NCBI GenBank assembly: GCA_937915455.1
Contig: CALDNN010000102.1
Span: forward strand, 1-58,464
Direction: 5' to 3'
Length of the DNA stretch: 58,464 bases
Source of the DNA: an uncultured Clostridia bacterium
GTDB lineage: Bacteria; Bacillota; Clostridia; Christensenellales; CAG-138
A program made the translations under genes and the position numbers. The notes beneath the pieces are model-generated. The model searched no databases. It had not been told where the DNA came from and was given only the letters and a program-made list of their open reading frames with translations. Position 1 is the first letter of the stretch. Each line of letters opens with the position of its first letter. Positions 36,492-45,628 of this stretch are shown here, one piece after another.

Positions 36492-37958
36492 ATGAGCAGA
36501 ACCTTTTCGGGCAAGAGCATAGCAACAGCCCTCGGCGCGCTGCTATTGATTAGCGCCTGCGCGCCGCAGCAGGCGGGACCGGCCGCGCTGGATCCAAGCG
36601 CGCCTGTTTCCATAGAGATATGGCATTATTACAACGGCCCGCAAAAGCTGGCCTTTGACGAGTTGGTGACCCGCTTCAACGAAACGGTGGGCCAGGAGCA
36701 GGGCATCGTGGTGGAGGCCTTTGGTCAGGGCAATGTGAACGAGCTTTTCCAAAATATACACGACGCGGTGGATAACAAAGTGGGCGCAAGCGAGGTGCCC
36801 GCCGTTTTCGCCGCCTATACCGATACCGTATACGACCTCGACCAGCGTAATATGGTGGCCGCCTTCGATAGCTACTTTACCAAAGAAGAGCTCTCCGAAT
36901 ATGTGGACGCCTACATTACCGAAGGCCGCTTCGACGATGCGGGCAGCCTGAAAATCATCCCCACGGCCAAGGCCACCGAGATTTTGATGGTCAACAAAAC
37001 CGATTGGGATCGCTTTGCCGTGGAAACCGGCGCACAGATTGCCTTGCTCAATACGATCGAGGGTCTAGTGGAGGCCTCCAAGGCCTACTACCTTTGGACG
37101 GATGCGCAAACGCCTCATGTGTTGGACGACGGCAAGGCCATGTTTGGCCGGGACGCCATAGCCAACTATATCATCTTGGGCTATCATCAGCTCACAGGCG
37201 GCTCCCTCTTCGACCGGCAGAATGGTAAAGTGACTTTCGAGCCGGATGAGGCGGCCTTCCGCAAGCTTTGGGATAACTACTATATCCCCTATATCAACGG
37301 CTGGTTCGGCGCTTACGGCCGCTTCCGCTCGGACGATGCCAAGACCGGCGATATCATCGCCCTGGTCGGCTCCACCTCGGGCGCTTATTATTTCCCCGAT
37401 AAGGTTACCCTGGCGGATGACACCACCTACCCCATCGAAGCGGTCGTCTTCCCCGCTCCCTGCTTTGCGGGCTGCACGCCAAGCGCCATCCAGCAGGGCG
37501 CAGGCATGGCCCTCATCGCTTCCGACCCCCGAACCGAGCTGGCCGCGGCCACCTTCCTCAAATGGTTTACCGACGTGGATAGAGCTATCGACTTCACCAT
37601 CTCCTCTGCCTACCTGCCGGTAAAGAAAACGGCCAACGATATGGGCCGTATCGGAGTGGACGAGGGTTATCAGGCCCTGCCGTCGACCGTGCAGGAGGCT
37701 ATCGCTGTATCCGTGTATGTGATGAACACCTACGAACTATATTTCGAGCAGGCCTTCTGCGGCTTCTCCGATGCCCGCGAGGTGATCGAGAGCTCCCTAG
37801 CAGCGCGCGCGGAGGCGGATCGCGAGCAGGTCCTCACGCTGGCGGAGGACGGCATGCCCCTTTCCGAGGCAGTGGCGAAATTTGCCACAGATGAAAGTTT
37901 CCAAAGCTGGTATCAGGCGTTTGTGGATGAAATTCGCGCAAAGATCGGCGAGAATTAA
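36492..37958 (+). CDS. orphan extracellular solute-binding lipoprotein (ABC SBP family 1 fold)
   Basis: Lipobox LISAC after GGGAGGGC RBS and ATG 36492. About 490 aa SBP-like protein with no adjacent permease or ATPase genes. Confidence 0.75.
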   Translation: MSRTFSGKSIATALGALLLISACAPQQAGPAALDPSAPVSIEIWHYYNGPQKLAFDELVTRFNETVGQEQGIVVEAFGQGNVNELFQNIHDAVDNKVGASEVPAVFAAYTDTVYDLDQRNMVAAFDSYFTKEELSEYVDAYITEGRFDDAGSLKIIPTAKATEILMVNKTDWDRFAVETGAQIALLNTIEGLVEASKAYYLWTDAQTPHVLDDGKAMFGRDAIANYIILGYHQLTGGSLFDRQNGKVTFEPDEAAFRKLWDNYYIPYINGWFGAYGRFRSDDAKTGDIIALVGSTSGAYYFPDKVTLADDTTYPIEAVVFPAPCFAGCTPSAIQQGAGMALIASDPRTELAAATFLKWFTDVDRAIDFTISSAYLPVKKTANDMGRIGVDEGYQALPSTVQEAIAVSVYVMNTYELYFEQAFCGFSDAREVIESSLAARAEADREQVLTLAEDGMPLSEAVAKFATDESFQSWYQAFVDEIRAKIGEN

Positions 37959-37974
37959 CAGGAATATGGTGTAA

Positions 37975-40900
37975 ATGGAACAACAGCCATCAACTAAAAA
38001 TACAAAAAAAGCAAAAAAGGGCCGCAGATCCCATTCAATTATGAGTCGCATCCTGCATCCGGTGGTCATCGCCCTGTTGGTCCAGGCGGGGCTTTTTTCC
38101 GCCAACATCATTTGGGGGGGCACGCTGGAGAAGCTGAACCACAACGCCTTCGACATCCTCAACGGGCAAGTGGTCAACCGTCGGGATTATCTGGAGAACG
38201 AGATGCTTCAGCGTTGGTCGAACCTGAATCCGGCTGCGCACAATATCCGCCTTTTGTTTGATCGGCAGGCGGAGCAGGGCGCGGCAAGCGGGAACGCCCG
38301 CCGCAATGAGCTGCTGTTGCAAAGTGCGCCGGATCTGCTTGCTTTGCTGCGCCGCAATTCCGTTACGGGCGTTTTCCTCATCCTCACGGAGGGGGAGCCC
38401 CACGACGAAGCGGCGCGGATGCAAAAGCATGCCCTCTACATCCGCGATATGGATCCGACCACCAGCTCGGCGGATAATTCCGACCTGCTGCTTTTGCACG
38501 CGCCTACCCTGATTTCCAAGCAGCTGGATATTTCGTTGGATTCCCGCTGGCAATCCTACATCAGCTTTTCGCAGGACGAACCGGATAACTGGCTTTATTA
38601 CAGCAAGCCCTACGCAGCCGCCTTGGGCCACCCCGAGATCGGCGAGGAAGACCTCGGCTATTGGAGCCCCGCCTTCCGCGCCGAGGGGGATAGTTTAGAT
38701 GCCATCACCTACTCCATGCCGCTTCGGGATGCGGCGGGCACGGTGCGGGCGGTGCTGGGCGTGGAGATATCCACCGATTACCTGCGCAAGCAGATGCCCT
38801 ATCAGGAGCTCAACAGCGAAAAGCAGGGTATGTACCTGCTGGGCCTGGCCCGGAAGGATGAGCCGGCCTTTGAAGCGCAGCTGGCCACGGGGCCTGTCTA
38901 CCGCTATTTTTTCGGCGAGCCGAACGAGATGCGCTTCCTCCAATGGGAAGAATATACCAACGCCTATCAGGTGGCCGGCGATACCGCCCACCGAGACGGT
39001 GTGGTTTACGGCTGCATCCAATACCTCGATTTATATAATACCAACACCCCCTTTGAAAACGAGCGTTGGGCGCTGATCGGCATGTTGGAGCAGGAGCAGC
39101 TGCTGGGCTTCTCCAGCGGGATGATGTGGTCGTTCCTGCTGATCCTAGGGGTTTCCGTTCTGCTGGGCCTGGGCGTGGCCTGGGTGGCCAGCATATGGCT
39201 CACGCACCCCATCACGCGGCTGCTGCGCCAGCTGCGCGGAAACGAACCCCGTAGCCCCCTGGAGCTGGACAAGCTGATGATTTCCGAGATCGACGAGCTT
39301 TCCAGGGCCATTGAGGGCCTGAGCGCGCGCGTGGCCCTGGAGGCCAGCCGCCTCTCCCAGATCATCAATATATCCGGCGTGGAAATCGGCGCTTTCGAGG
39401 CCCTGCCGCGGGAGGGCCGGGTATTCTGCACGGCTCGCTTTTTCGAAATGCTGGGCATTGAAAAAGAGCTGGCAGAGGATGGCACCATCGACAGCCGCAC
39501 GTTTGACGCGCTGCTCGCCCCATTGCTGGCGCAGGCCGAGGAGGAAACGGAAGGCCGCGACACCAAGATTTTGCGCATCGCCCGCGAGCAGGAGGAAACG
39601 CGTTGGCTGCGGCTAAACATCGCCCGTGTGGATGGCCGCGTTACGGGCGTGATCAGCGATATCACGGAGGAGATCCTCAAACGCCGCCAGCTCGAGCGGG
39701 AACGGGATTACGACCCGCTCACGGACCTGCCCAACCGGCGCGCTTTCAGCGCGGCGCTGGCTAAGCTCTTTCAAGATCCGGATTCATTGGGCGTGGCGGC
39801 GCTGGTAATGCTGGATCTCGATAACCTCAAATTCATTAATGACTCTCACGGCCACGATTGCGGCGACGCCTACATCCGCAGCACAGCGGACGCGCTGCGC
39901 AAGTATGCACCGGCGCACGCGCTAATTGCCCGCATGTCCGGTGATGAGTTTTATGTGTTCTTTTTCGGCTATGCTTCCCGCGAGGCGGCCCAAGCGGATA
40001 TCTGCAGGCTCAAAGAGGGTTTAAGGCAATCGACCTTCCCCCTGCCGGATGAGACTCGCCTCAACATCCGCGCCTCCGCGGGCGTGGCCTGGTACCCGGA
40101 ACATTCGACTTCCTATGAAAAGCTGCTCAAATATGCCGATTTTGCCATGTACCAGGTCAAGAACACCACCAAGGGCGAGTTCGGTGAGTTCGATCTGGAG
40201 CGCTACAGCCAAGATTCCTTCCTGCTGCAAAACCAGGAGGAGATCAACCGCCTCATCGAGCAGGAATTGCTGACCTACCACTTCCAGCCCATCGTGGATG
40301 CGAAGCAGGGCACGGTATTCGGCTACGAGGCTCTGATGCGGCCGCTGCTCGAGAGCATCAAATCCCCTTCCAAGTTGTTGATGCTGGCCAAATCCCAATC
40401 CAAACTCTACAGCATCGAGCGGCTCACTTGGCGGCGCAGCCTGGCGCAGTTCGAAGCGCTACAAAATGTCGACCCCGAGGCCCGCCTGTTCGTGAATTCC
40501 ATCGCCAACCAACTATTGGCCGAAAGGGATTGCCAATACCTGAAGGAGCGCTTTGCGCATATGCTGCCGCGGGTGGTTATGGAGATCACGGAAGCGGAAC
40601 ACTCTACCGAAAGTGAAACCCGCATCAAGCTGGAGCGGGCTGCGGACTGGGGCTGCCGCATCGCCCTTGACGATTTCGGCACGGGCTATAATTCCGACGC
40701 GGCCCTACTCTCCATCAACCCCGATTTCGTCAAGCTGGATGTTTCCTTTGTGCGCAACATCGATACGGACGCCAACCGCCGCAAGCTCCTGCAAAACCTG
40801 CGCTCCTATGCGGATACCCGGGGCATCTACGTGATCGCGGAAGGCGTGGAGACGGCAGACGAGCTACATACCCTCATTGAGCTGGGAGTCGATTATGTGC

Positions 40901-41100
40901 AGGGCTACTACATCGCCAGGCCCAAGCCACACATCGAGCCCCTGCCCGCAGAGATCGTGCGGGAGATCCGCGAAACCTACGCCGCCATCCCGCCCTATGT
41001 GCCCAATGAAGGCTGCGCGCCCGCCCCGGCAACGCGCGCGGAAAATGCCAGGAACCAGCGCCATCAACAGCCGCCTTTCGGTGGCCCCGGGCAGCTTTAA
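37975..41100 (+). CDS. membrane sensor with large extracytoplasmic domain, PAS-like region, GGDEF (SGDEF) and EAL domains
   Basis: 1041 aa with two TM segments flanking about 330 aa. DPLTDLPNRRAF...ARMSGDEFYVFF (GGDEF domain). EAL domain has YEALMRP, FVNS, EITE, DDFGTGYNS, KLDVSF, EGVET and QGYYIARP. Confidence 0.9.
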   Translation: MEQQPSTKNTKKAKKGRRSHSIMSRILHPVVIALLVQAGLFSANIIWGGTLEKLNHNAFDILNGQVVNRRDYLENEMLQRWSNLNPAAHNIRLLFDRQAEQGAASGNARRNELLLQSAPDLLALLRRNSVTGVFLILTEGEPHDEAARMQKHALYIRDMDPTTSSADNSDLLLLHAPTLISKQLDISLDSRWQSYISFSQDEPDNWLYYSKPYAAALGHPEIGEEDLGYWSPAFRAEGDSLDAITYSMPLRDAAGTVRAVLGVEISTDYLRKQMPYQELNSEKQGMYLLGLARKDEPAFEAQLATGPVYRYFFGEPNEMRFLQWEEYTNAYQVAGDTAHRDGVVYGCIQYLDLYNTNTPFENERWALIGMLEQEQLLGFSSGMMWSFLLILGVSVLLGLGVAWVASIWLTHPITRLLRQLRGNEPRSPLELDKLMISEIDELSRAIEGLSARVALEASRLSQIINISGVEIGAFEALPREGRVFCTARFFEMLGIEKELAEDGTIDSRTFDALLAPLLAQAEEETEGRDTKILRIAREQEETRWLRLNIARVDGRVTGVISDITEEILKRRQLERERDYDPLTDLPNRRAFSAALAKLFQDPDSLGVAALVMLDLDNLKFINDSHGHDCGDAYIRSTADALRKYAPAHALIARMSGDEFYVFFFGYASREAAQADICRLKEGLRQSTFPLPDETRLNIRASAGVAWYPEHSTSYEKLLKYADFAMYQVKNTTKGEFGEFDLERYSQDSFLLQNQEEINRLIEQELLTYHFQPIVDAKQGTVFGYEALMRPLLESIKSPSKLLMLAKSQSKLYSIERLTWRRSLAQFEALQNVDPEARLFVNSIANQLLAERDCQYLKERFAHMLPRVVMEITEAEHSTESETRIKLERAADWGCRIALDDFGTGYNSDAALLSINPDFVKLDVSFVRNIDTDANRRKLLQNLRSYADTRGIYVIAEGVETADELHTLIELGVDYVQGYYIARPKPHIEPLPAEIVREIRETYAAIPPYVPNEGCAPAPATRAENARNQRHQQPPFGGPGQL

Positions 41101-41115
41101 TATCATTTCTTCCGC

Positions 41116-41143
41116 AAAAAAGTGGCCTCCACGGCCACTTTTG
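41116..41143 (+). terminator. rho-independent terminator after the GGDEF-EAL gene
   Basis: AAAAA-AGTGGCC-TCCAC-GGCCACT-TTTG. Confidence 0.65.
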
Positions 41144-41294
41144 TATTATCCCTTATTTTCATATAAAAATTTTTACACCTTGGCCTGAACCCCCACGTCG
41201 ATGCGTTATATGATTTTGCGCTTCGTGCGTTTTCGCGCTTTTCCGCCATTGACTTTTTTCGGGCTGCTGTGATATAATTCATTTTGCCGGGACT

Positions 41295-41318
41295 GGAAAC
41301 GTTACCGGCAACGTTACC
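41295..41318. promoter_or_regulatory. two tandem LacI-type operator-like half-palindromes (GGAAACGTTACC GGCAACGTTACC)
   Basis: Directly repeated 12-mers with an AACGTT core, about 70 nt upstream of the LacI-family gene. Confidence 0.4.
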
Positions 41319-41388
41319 AAGAGTATTTCTATTCAAATTTGCTTAATTTTACGCAGTTCGTTTGTGGGTCGGCACGTAGTGAGGCGTT

Positions 41389-42405
41389 ATGGGTCATCTT
41401 ACAATCAAGGATATCGCGCGTTTGAGCGGCACCAGCGTGAGCACGGTCTCGCGCGTGCTCAACAATCATGTGGACGTCAGCGAGGCTGCCCGCCGCAAGG
41501 TTCTTGAGGTGATCGGCTCCAACCACTATGTGCCCAACAACAGCGCCAGGAACCTGGTGATCCGCAAATCCAACGTGATCGCCGTTATCATCCGCGGCCG
41601 CGGCAATCCCTTCTTCGCCAGGCTCATCAAGATCATCGAGCCGGAGCTCAACGAGCACGGCTATGAAATGTCCGTCCACCATATCGATACCAGCGACGAC
41701 GAACTCAAGGCGGCGGCGCTCCTGGAGCGTGAAAAGCGGCTCAAGGGCATCATCTTCCTCGGCGGCAGGTTCAATTACCATGCGGACGATATCGCTGCCA
41801 TCAAGGTGCCCTTTGTCTGCTGCTCTTACACCAATGTCTTCGGCGCTCTGGAGGAAGGCAGCTATTCCTCCGTGGCGATCGACGATAAAAAAGCAGCGCG
41901 CCAGGCCGTGGAATACCTGCTGCAAAAGGGTCACAAGCGCATTGCCGCACTGATCGAGCACACCGGCGGCGGCTCCATCAGCCAACTGCGATATGAAGGT
42001 TATGTGGGCGCGCTGCAGGATGCCGGCCTCGCGCTAGACGCCTCCCTCGTTGGCTGCGCAGGCAGCTTCGAGATGGACGACGCCTACGCAGCCGCTTCCA
42101 GGCTGATCGCAGAGGCCAAGCCCACGGCGCTCTTCGCCATTTCCGATTTGATGGGCGTGGCAGCCATGAAGGCCGCTACGGACGCGGGCCTCCGGGTACC
42201 AGACGACCTTTCGATAATCGCCATCGACGGCATCGAGTTTTCCAACTACTGCGTGCCCACCCTCACCACCTTGGCCCAGCCCACCGAGGCGCTGGCCATA
42301 AAGAGCGTGGAGATCCTGGCCGGCCTGATCGAGAAAAAGGGCCTCAACGGCCACGTGCTGCTGCCCACCTCCTTGCGGCAGGGCGGCTCCGTGCGGCAGC
42401 TGTAA
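41389..42405 (+). CDS. LacI family transcriptional regulator (MalR-like by context)
   Basis: HTH IKDIARLSGTSVSTVSRVLNN followed by a sugar-binding core. Confidence 0.9.
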   Translation: MGHLTIKDIARLSGTSVSTVSRVLNNHVDVSEAARRKVLEVIGSNHYVPNNSARNLVIRKSNVIAVIIRGRGNPFFARLIKIIEPELNEHGYEMSVHHIDTSDDELKAAALLEREKRLKGIIFLGGRFNYHADDIAAIKVPFVCCSYTNVFGALEEGSYSSVAIDDKKAARQAVEYLLQKGHKRIAALIEHTGGGSISQLRYEGYVGALQDAGLALDASLVGCAGSFEMDDAYAAASRLIAEAKPTALFAISDLMGVAAMKAATDAGLRVPDDLSIIAIDGIEFSNYCVPTLTTLAQPTEALAIKSVEILAGLIEKKGLNGHVLLPTSLRQGGSVRQL

Positions 42406-42459
42406 CCAAGATTTCACTTTGCGCTCCCTGGCGCAATTATTAATGAAGGAGAGAGGAAA

Positions 42460-43800
42460 ATGAAGAAGATTTTTGCTGTTATTTTGGCGCTTGTTATGGT
42501 TGCCGGCCTCGTCGGCTGCCAGTCTACGGCCCCCTCCGAACCGGCCGCCGCCCCTGCGGCCACGCCGGCGGCCCCAGCTGCTCCCGCGGCCCCCGCAGAG
42601 GAGCCCGCTGCGGCCGGCTCCGTGTACTACCTCAACTTCAAGCCCGAGCAGGATGAGCAATGGCAATCGCTAGCCAAGGCCTATACCGAGGAGACCGGCG
42701 TACCCGTAACCGTAGTGACCGCTGCCTCCGGCACCTATGAAACCACCCTCATGAGCGAGATGGGCAAATCCGAGGCCCCCACACTCTTCCAGGTGAACGG
42801 CCCTGTGGGCCTGGCGAACTGGAAGGATTACTGCTATGACCTTTCCTCCTCCGCCCTCTACGGCGAGCTGACCAGCGACGATTTCGCCCTGATCGACGGC
42901 AGCGCGGTGTACGGCATTGCCTACGTGATCGAGACTTACGGCATCATCGTCAACACGAAGCTCTTGGCCGACGCAGGCCACAGCCTCGACGAGATCAAGG
43001 ATTTCGCCTCCCTCAAGGCCGTGGTCGAGGATATCACCGCCCGTAAGAAGGAGCTCGGCTTCTCCGCCTTCACCTCCGCCGGCATGGACGGCTCCTCCGA
43101 CTGGCGCTTCAAGACCCACCTGGCCAACCTGCCCATCTACTATGAGTATAAGGCGGATGACATCGGCTCCACCGCCGCCATCAAGGGCACATTCCTCGAT
43201 AACTACAAGGCCATTTGGGATCTTTACATCAACAACGCAACCTGTGCGCCCAAAGAGCTGGCCGCCAAGACCGGCAACGACGCCGTATCCGAATTTGTGA
43301 ACGGCCAGGCCGTATTTTATCAGAACGGCACCTGGGCCTACAACGACGTATCCGCCCTGGGTGATGAAAACCTCTACATGCTACCCATCTACATCGGCGC
43401 GGAGGGCGAGCAGGAGCAGGGCCTTTGCACCGGCTCCGAGAACTACTGGTGCGTCAACAAAAACGCCCCCGAGGAAAACATCCAAGCTACTTTGGATTTC
43501 CTCTACTGGGTTGTGACCTCCGAAGCCGGCACCACCTCCCTGGCGGATGAGATGGGCTTCGTGTGCCCCTTCAAGAGCGCTAAGGCTTCCACCAACCCGC
43601 TCATCAAGATCGCCGATGAATACATCGCCAAAGGCAAAACTGCCGTTGCCTGGTGCTTCGCCACCATGCCCTCCGAGGAGTGGAAGAACGGCGTAGGCTC
43701 CGCACTCACCGCTTATGCGGCCGGCACCGGCGAATGGGCCGGCGTGGTCACTGCCTTCGTCGATGGCTGGGCTTCCGAATATGCCCTGGCCAACGGCTAA
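42460..43800 (+). CDS. carbohydrate ABC transporter substrate-binding lipoprotein
   Basis: Lipobox LVGC, a Pro/Ala linker and a family-1 SBP body. Confidence 0.88.
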   Translation: MKKIFAVILALVMVAGLVGCQSTAPSEPAAAPAATPAAPAAPAAPAEEPAAAGSVYYLNFKPEQDEQWQSLAKAYTEETGVPVTVVTAASGTYETTLMSEMGKSEAPTLFQVNGPVGLANWKDYCYDLSSSALYGELTSDDFALIDGSAVYGIAYVIETYGIIVNTKLLADAGHSLDEIKDFASLKAVVEDITARKKELGFSAFTSAGMDGSSDWRFKTHLANLPIYYEYKADDIGSTAAIKGTFLDNYKAIWDLYINNATCAPKELAAKTGNDAVSEFVNGQAVFYQNGTWAYNDVSALGDENLYMLPIYIGAEGEQEQGLCTGSENYWCVNKNAPEENIQATLDFLYWVVTSEAGTTSLADEMGFVCPFKSAKASTNPLIKIADEYIAKGKTAVAWCFATMPSEEWKNGVGSALTAYAAGTGEWAGVVTAFVDGWASEYALANG

Positions 43801-43836
43801 GCTTTGCCGTAATACAGCAAAGCAGTTAAAATGAAA

Positions 43837-43857
43837 GGGGCGGGCTGCGCCCGCCCC
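43837..43857 (+). other. intercistronic GC stem-loop after the SBP gene
   Basis: GGGGCGGGC-TGC-GCCCGCCCC, with no T-tract. Confidence 0.4.
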
Positions 43858-43924
43858 GCTTAACAACATCCCTTCAAAAACAAGCTATCATTCTTACAAA
43901 TCTTACGAAACCGGGGGAAGCCGT

Positions 43925-44776
43925 ATGGGAAAAACGATCAAAAAATACTGGCCGATCTTCGTGCTACCAACGCTGGTCGCGTTTATCATCGGTTTTCTGG
44001 TGCCCTTTGCGGAGGGCATCTACCTTTCCTTTTGCCGCTTCACCACCGTAAAGGATGCCGCCTTTACGGGATTCGGCAATTATATCCGCATCTTTGCGGA
44101 TGCTTCCTTCCTACGCTCCTTCGGCTTTACGGCGGTTTTCACCGTGGTCACCACCATTCTCATCAATGTGCTGGCCTTTTGTGTTGCGCTGCTGCTCACG
44201 CGCGGCCTGCGCGGCACCAATTACTTCCGCTCGGTTTTCTTCATGCCCAACCTTATCGGCGGCATCGTGCTGGGCTACATCTGGCAGATTCTTTTGAACG
44301 CGCTGCTGATGATGATGGAAAAGCCACTGCTCTCGCTGGATGCGACCTACGGCTTTTGGGGTCTTGTCGTGCTGATGTGCTGGCAGCAGATCGGCTATAT
44401 GATGATCATCTACATCGCGGGGCTGCAAAACGTGCCGGGCGAGCTACTTGAGGCCGCCAAGATCGATGGCGCGGGCGCTTGGAGCACGCTGTGGAAGGTC
44501 AAGATCCCCATGGTCATGCCTTCCATCACCATTTGCACCTTCCTTACGATCACCAATTCCTTCAAGCTCTTCGATCAAAACCTTTCGCTCACGGGCGGCG
44601 AGCCTGCGCACGCCTCGGAAATGCTGGCCCTAAATATCTACAATACCTTTTACGCCCGCGCCGGCGCGCAATGGAAGGGCCTGGGCCAGGCCAAGGCGAT
44701 GCTCTTTTTCCTGCTCGTGGTAGCGATCGCGCTGGTGCAGCTTAAGCTCACGCGCTCCAAGGAGGTGGAAAGCTGA
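43925..44776 (+). CDS. carbohydrate ABC transporter permease
   Basis: 283 aa, 6 TM segments, EAA loop LEAAKIDGAGAWSTLWKVKIPM. Confidence 0.9.
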   Translation: MGKTIKKYWPIFVLPTLVAFIIGFLVPFAEGIYLSFCRFTTVKDAAFTGFGNYIRIFADASFLRSFGFTAVFTVVTTILINVLAFCVALLLTRGLRGTNYFRSVFFMPNLIGGIVLGYIWQILLNALLMMMEKPLLSLDATYGFWGLVVLMCWQQIGYMMIIYIAGLQNVPGELLEAAKIDGAGAWSTLWKVKIPMVMPSITICTFLTITNSFKLFDQNLSLTGGEPAHASEMLALNIYNTFYARAGAQWKGLGQAKAMLFFLLVVAIALVQLKLTRSKEVES

Positions 44777-45618
44777 TGGTAACAAATGAAAAACGCACGG
44801 CTAGGCTGTGGAGCCTGATCCTCCTGATTCTCTCCCTCGCCTGGGTCTACCCCATCGTAATGATCTTCCTCAACTCGCTTAAAGAGGAGCAGGCCATCAC
44901 CACTTCGGCCGCCTTCGACCTGCCTGCGGTGGATACCTTCAATGGCCTTGCCAACTATATCCGCGCCATCGAGGCGCAGGGTTTCTTAAAAAGCTTCGGC
45001 TATAGCCTGTTCATCACCGTTTCCTCTGTGGCGCTAATCCTTTTGTGCTGCTCCATGTGCGCCTGGTTCATCACCCGCGCGAAGGGGCCGTTTTCGCGCA
45101 TCATCTACCTGCTCTGCGTGTTTTCCATGGTGGTGCCCTTCCAGATGGTGATGTTCACCCTTTCACAAACGGCGGATACCTTGGGCCTCAACACGCCCTG
45201 GAACATCTGCATCATCTACCTAGGCTTTGGCGCCGGGCTGGCGGTGTTCATGTTTGCGGGCTTTGTCAAATCTATCCCGCTTGAAATCGAAGAAGCAGCC
45301 ATGATAGACGGCTGCAACCCCATCCAAACATTTTTCCGCATCGTGGTGCCCATCCTCAAGCCCACGCTGATCTCGGTAGGCATCTTAGAAACCATGTGGA
45401 TCTGGAACGACTACCTGCTGCCCTATTTGGTGCTGGATATCAAAAAATATATGACCATCCCCGTTCTGATTCAGTATTTCCGCGGCAGCTATGGCAAGGT
45501 GGAGATGGGCGCGATGATGGCGAGCATCATGCTCACGGTACTGCCCATCATCATCGTGTATCTCGTATGCCAGAAATACATCATCAAAGGCGTCATAGCT
45601 GGCGCGGTAAAGGGGTAA
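44776..45618 (+). CDS. carbohydrate ABC transporter permease
   Basis: 280 aa with EAA loop EEAAMIDGCNPIQTFFRIVVPIL. Confidence 0.9.
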   Translation: MVTNEKRTARLWSLILLILSLAWVYPIVMIFLNSLKEEQAITTSAAFDLPAVDTFNGLANYIRAIEAQGFLKSFGYSLFITVSSVALILLCCSMCAWFITRAKGPFSRIIYLLCVFSMVVPFQMVMFTLSQTADTLGLNTPWNICIIYLGFGAGLAVFMFAGFVKSIPLEIEEAAMIDGCNPIQTFFRIVVPILKPTLISVGILETMWIWNDYLLPYLVLDIKKYMTIPVLIQYFRGSYGKVEMGAMMASIMLTVLPIIIVYLVCQKYIIKGVIAGAVKG

Positions 45619-45628
45619 GGGTAGAAAT

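Noticed and set aside
39900-39960. The SGDEF active-site variant in the GGDEF domain, considered as evidence that the cyclase is dead.
   Set aside because: SGDEF variants cannot be declared inactive from sequence. I left the output direction of the sensor open instead of calling it a pure phosphodiesterase.
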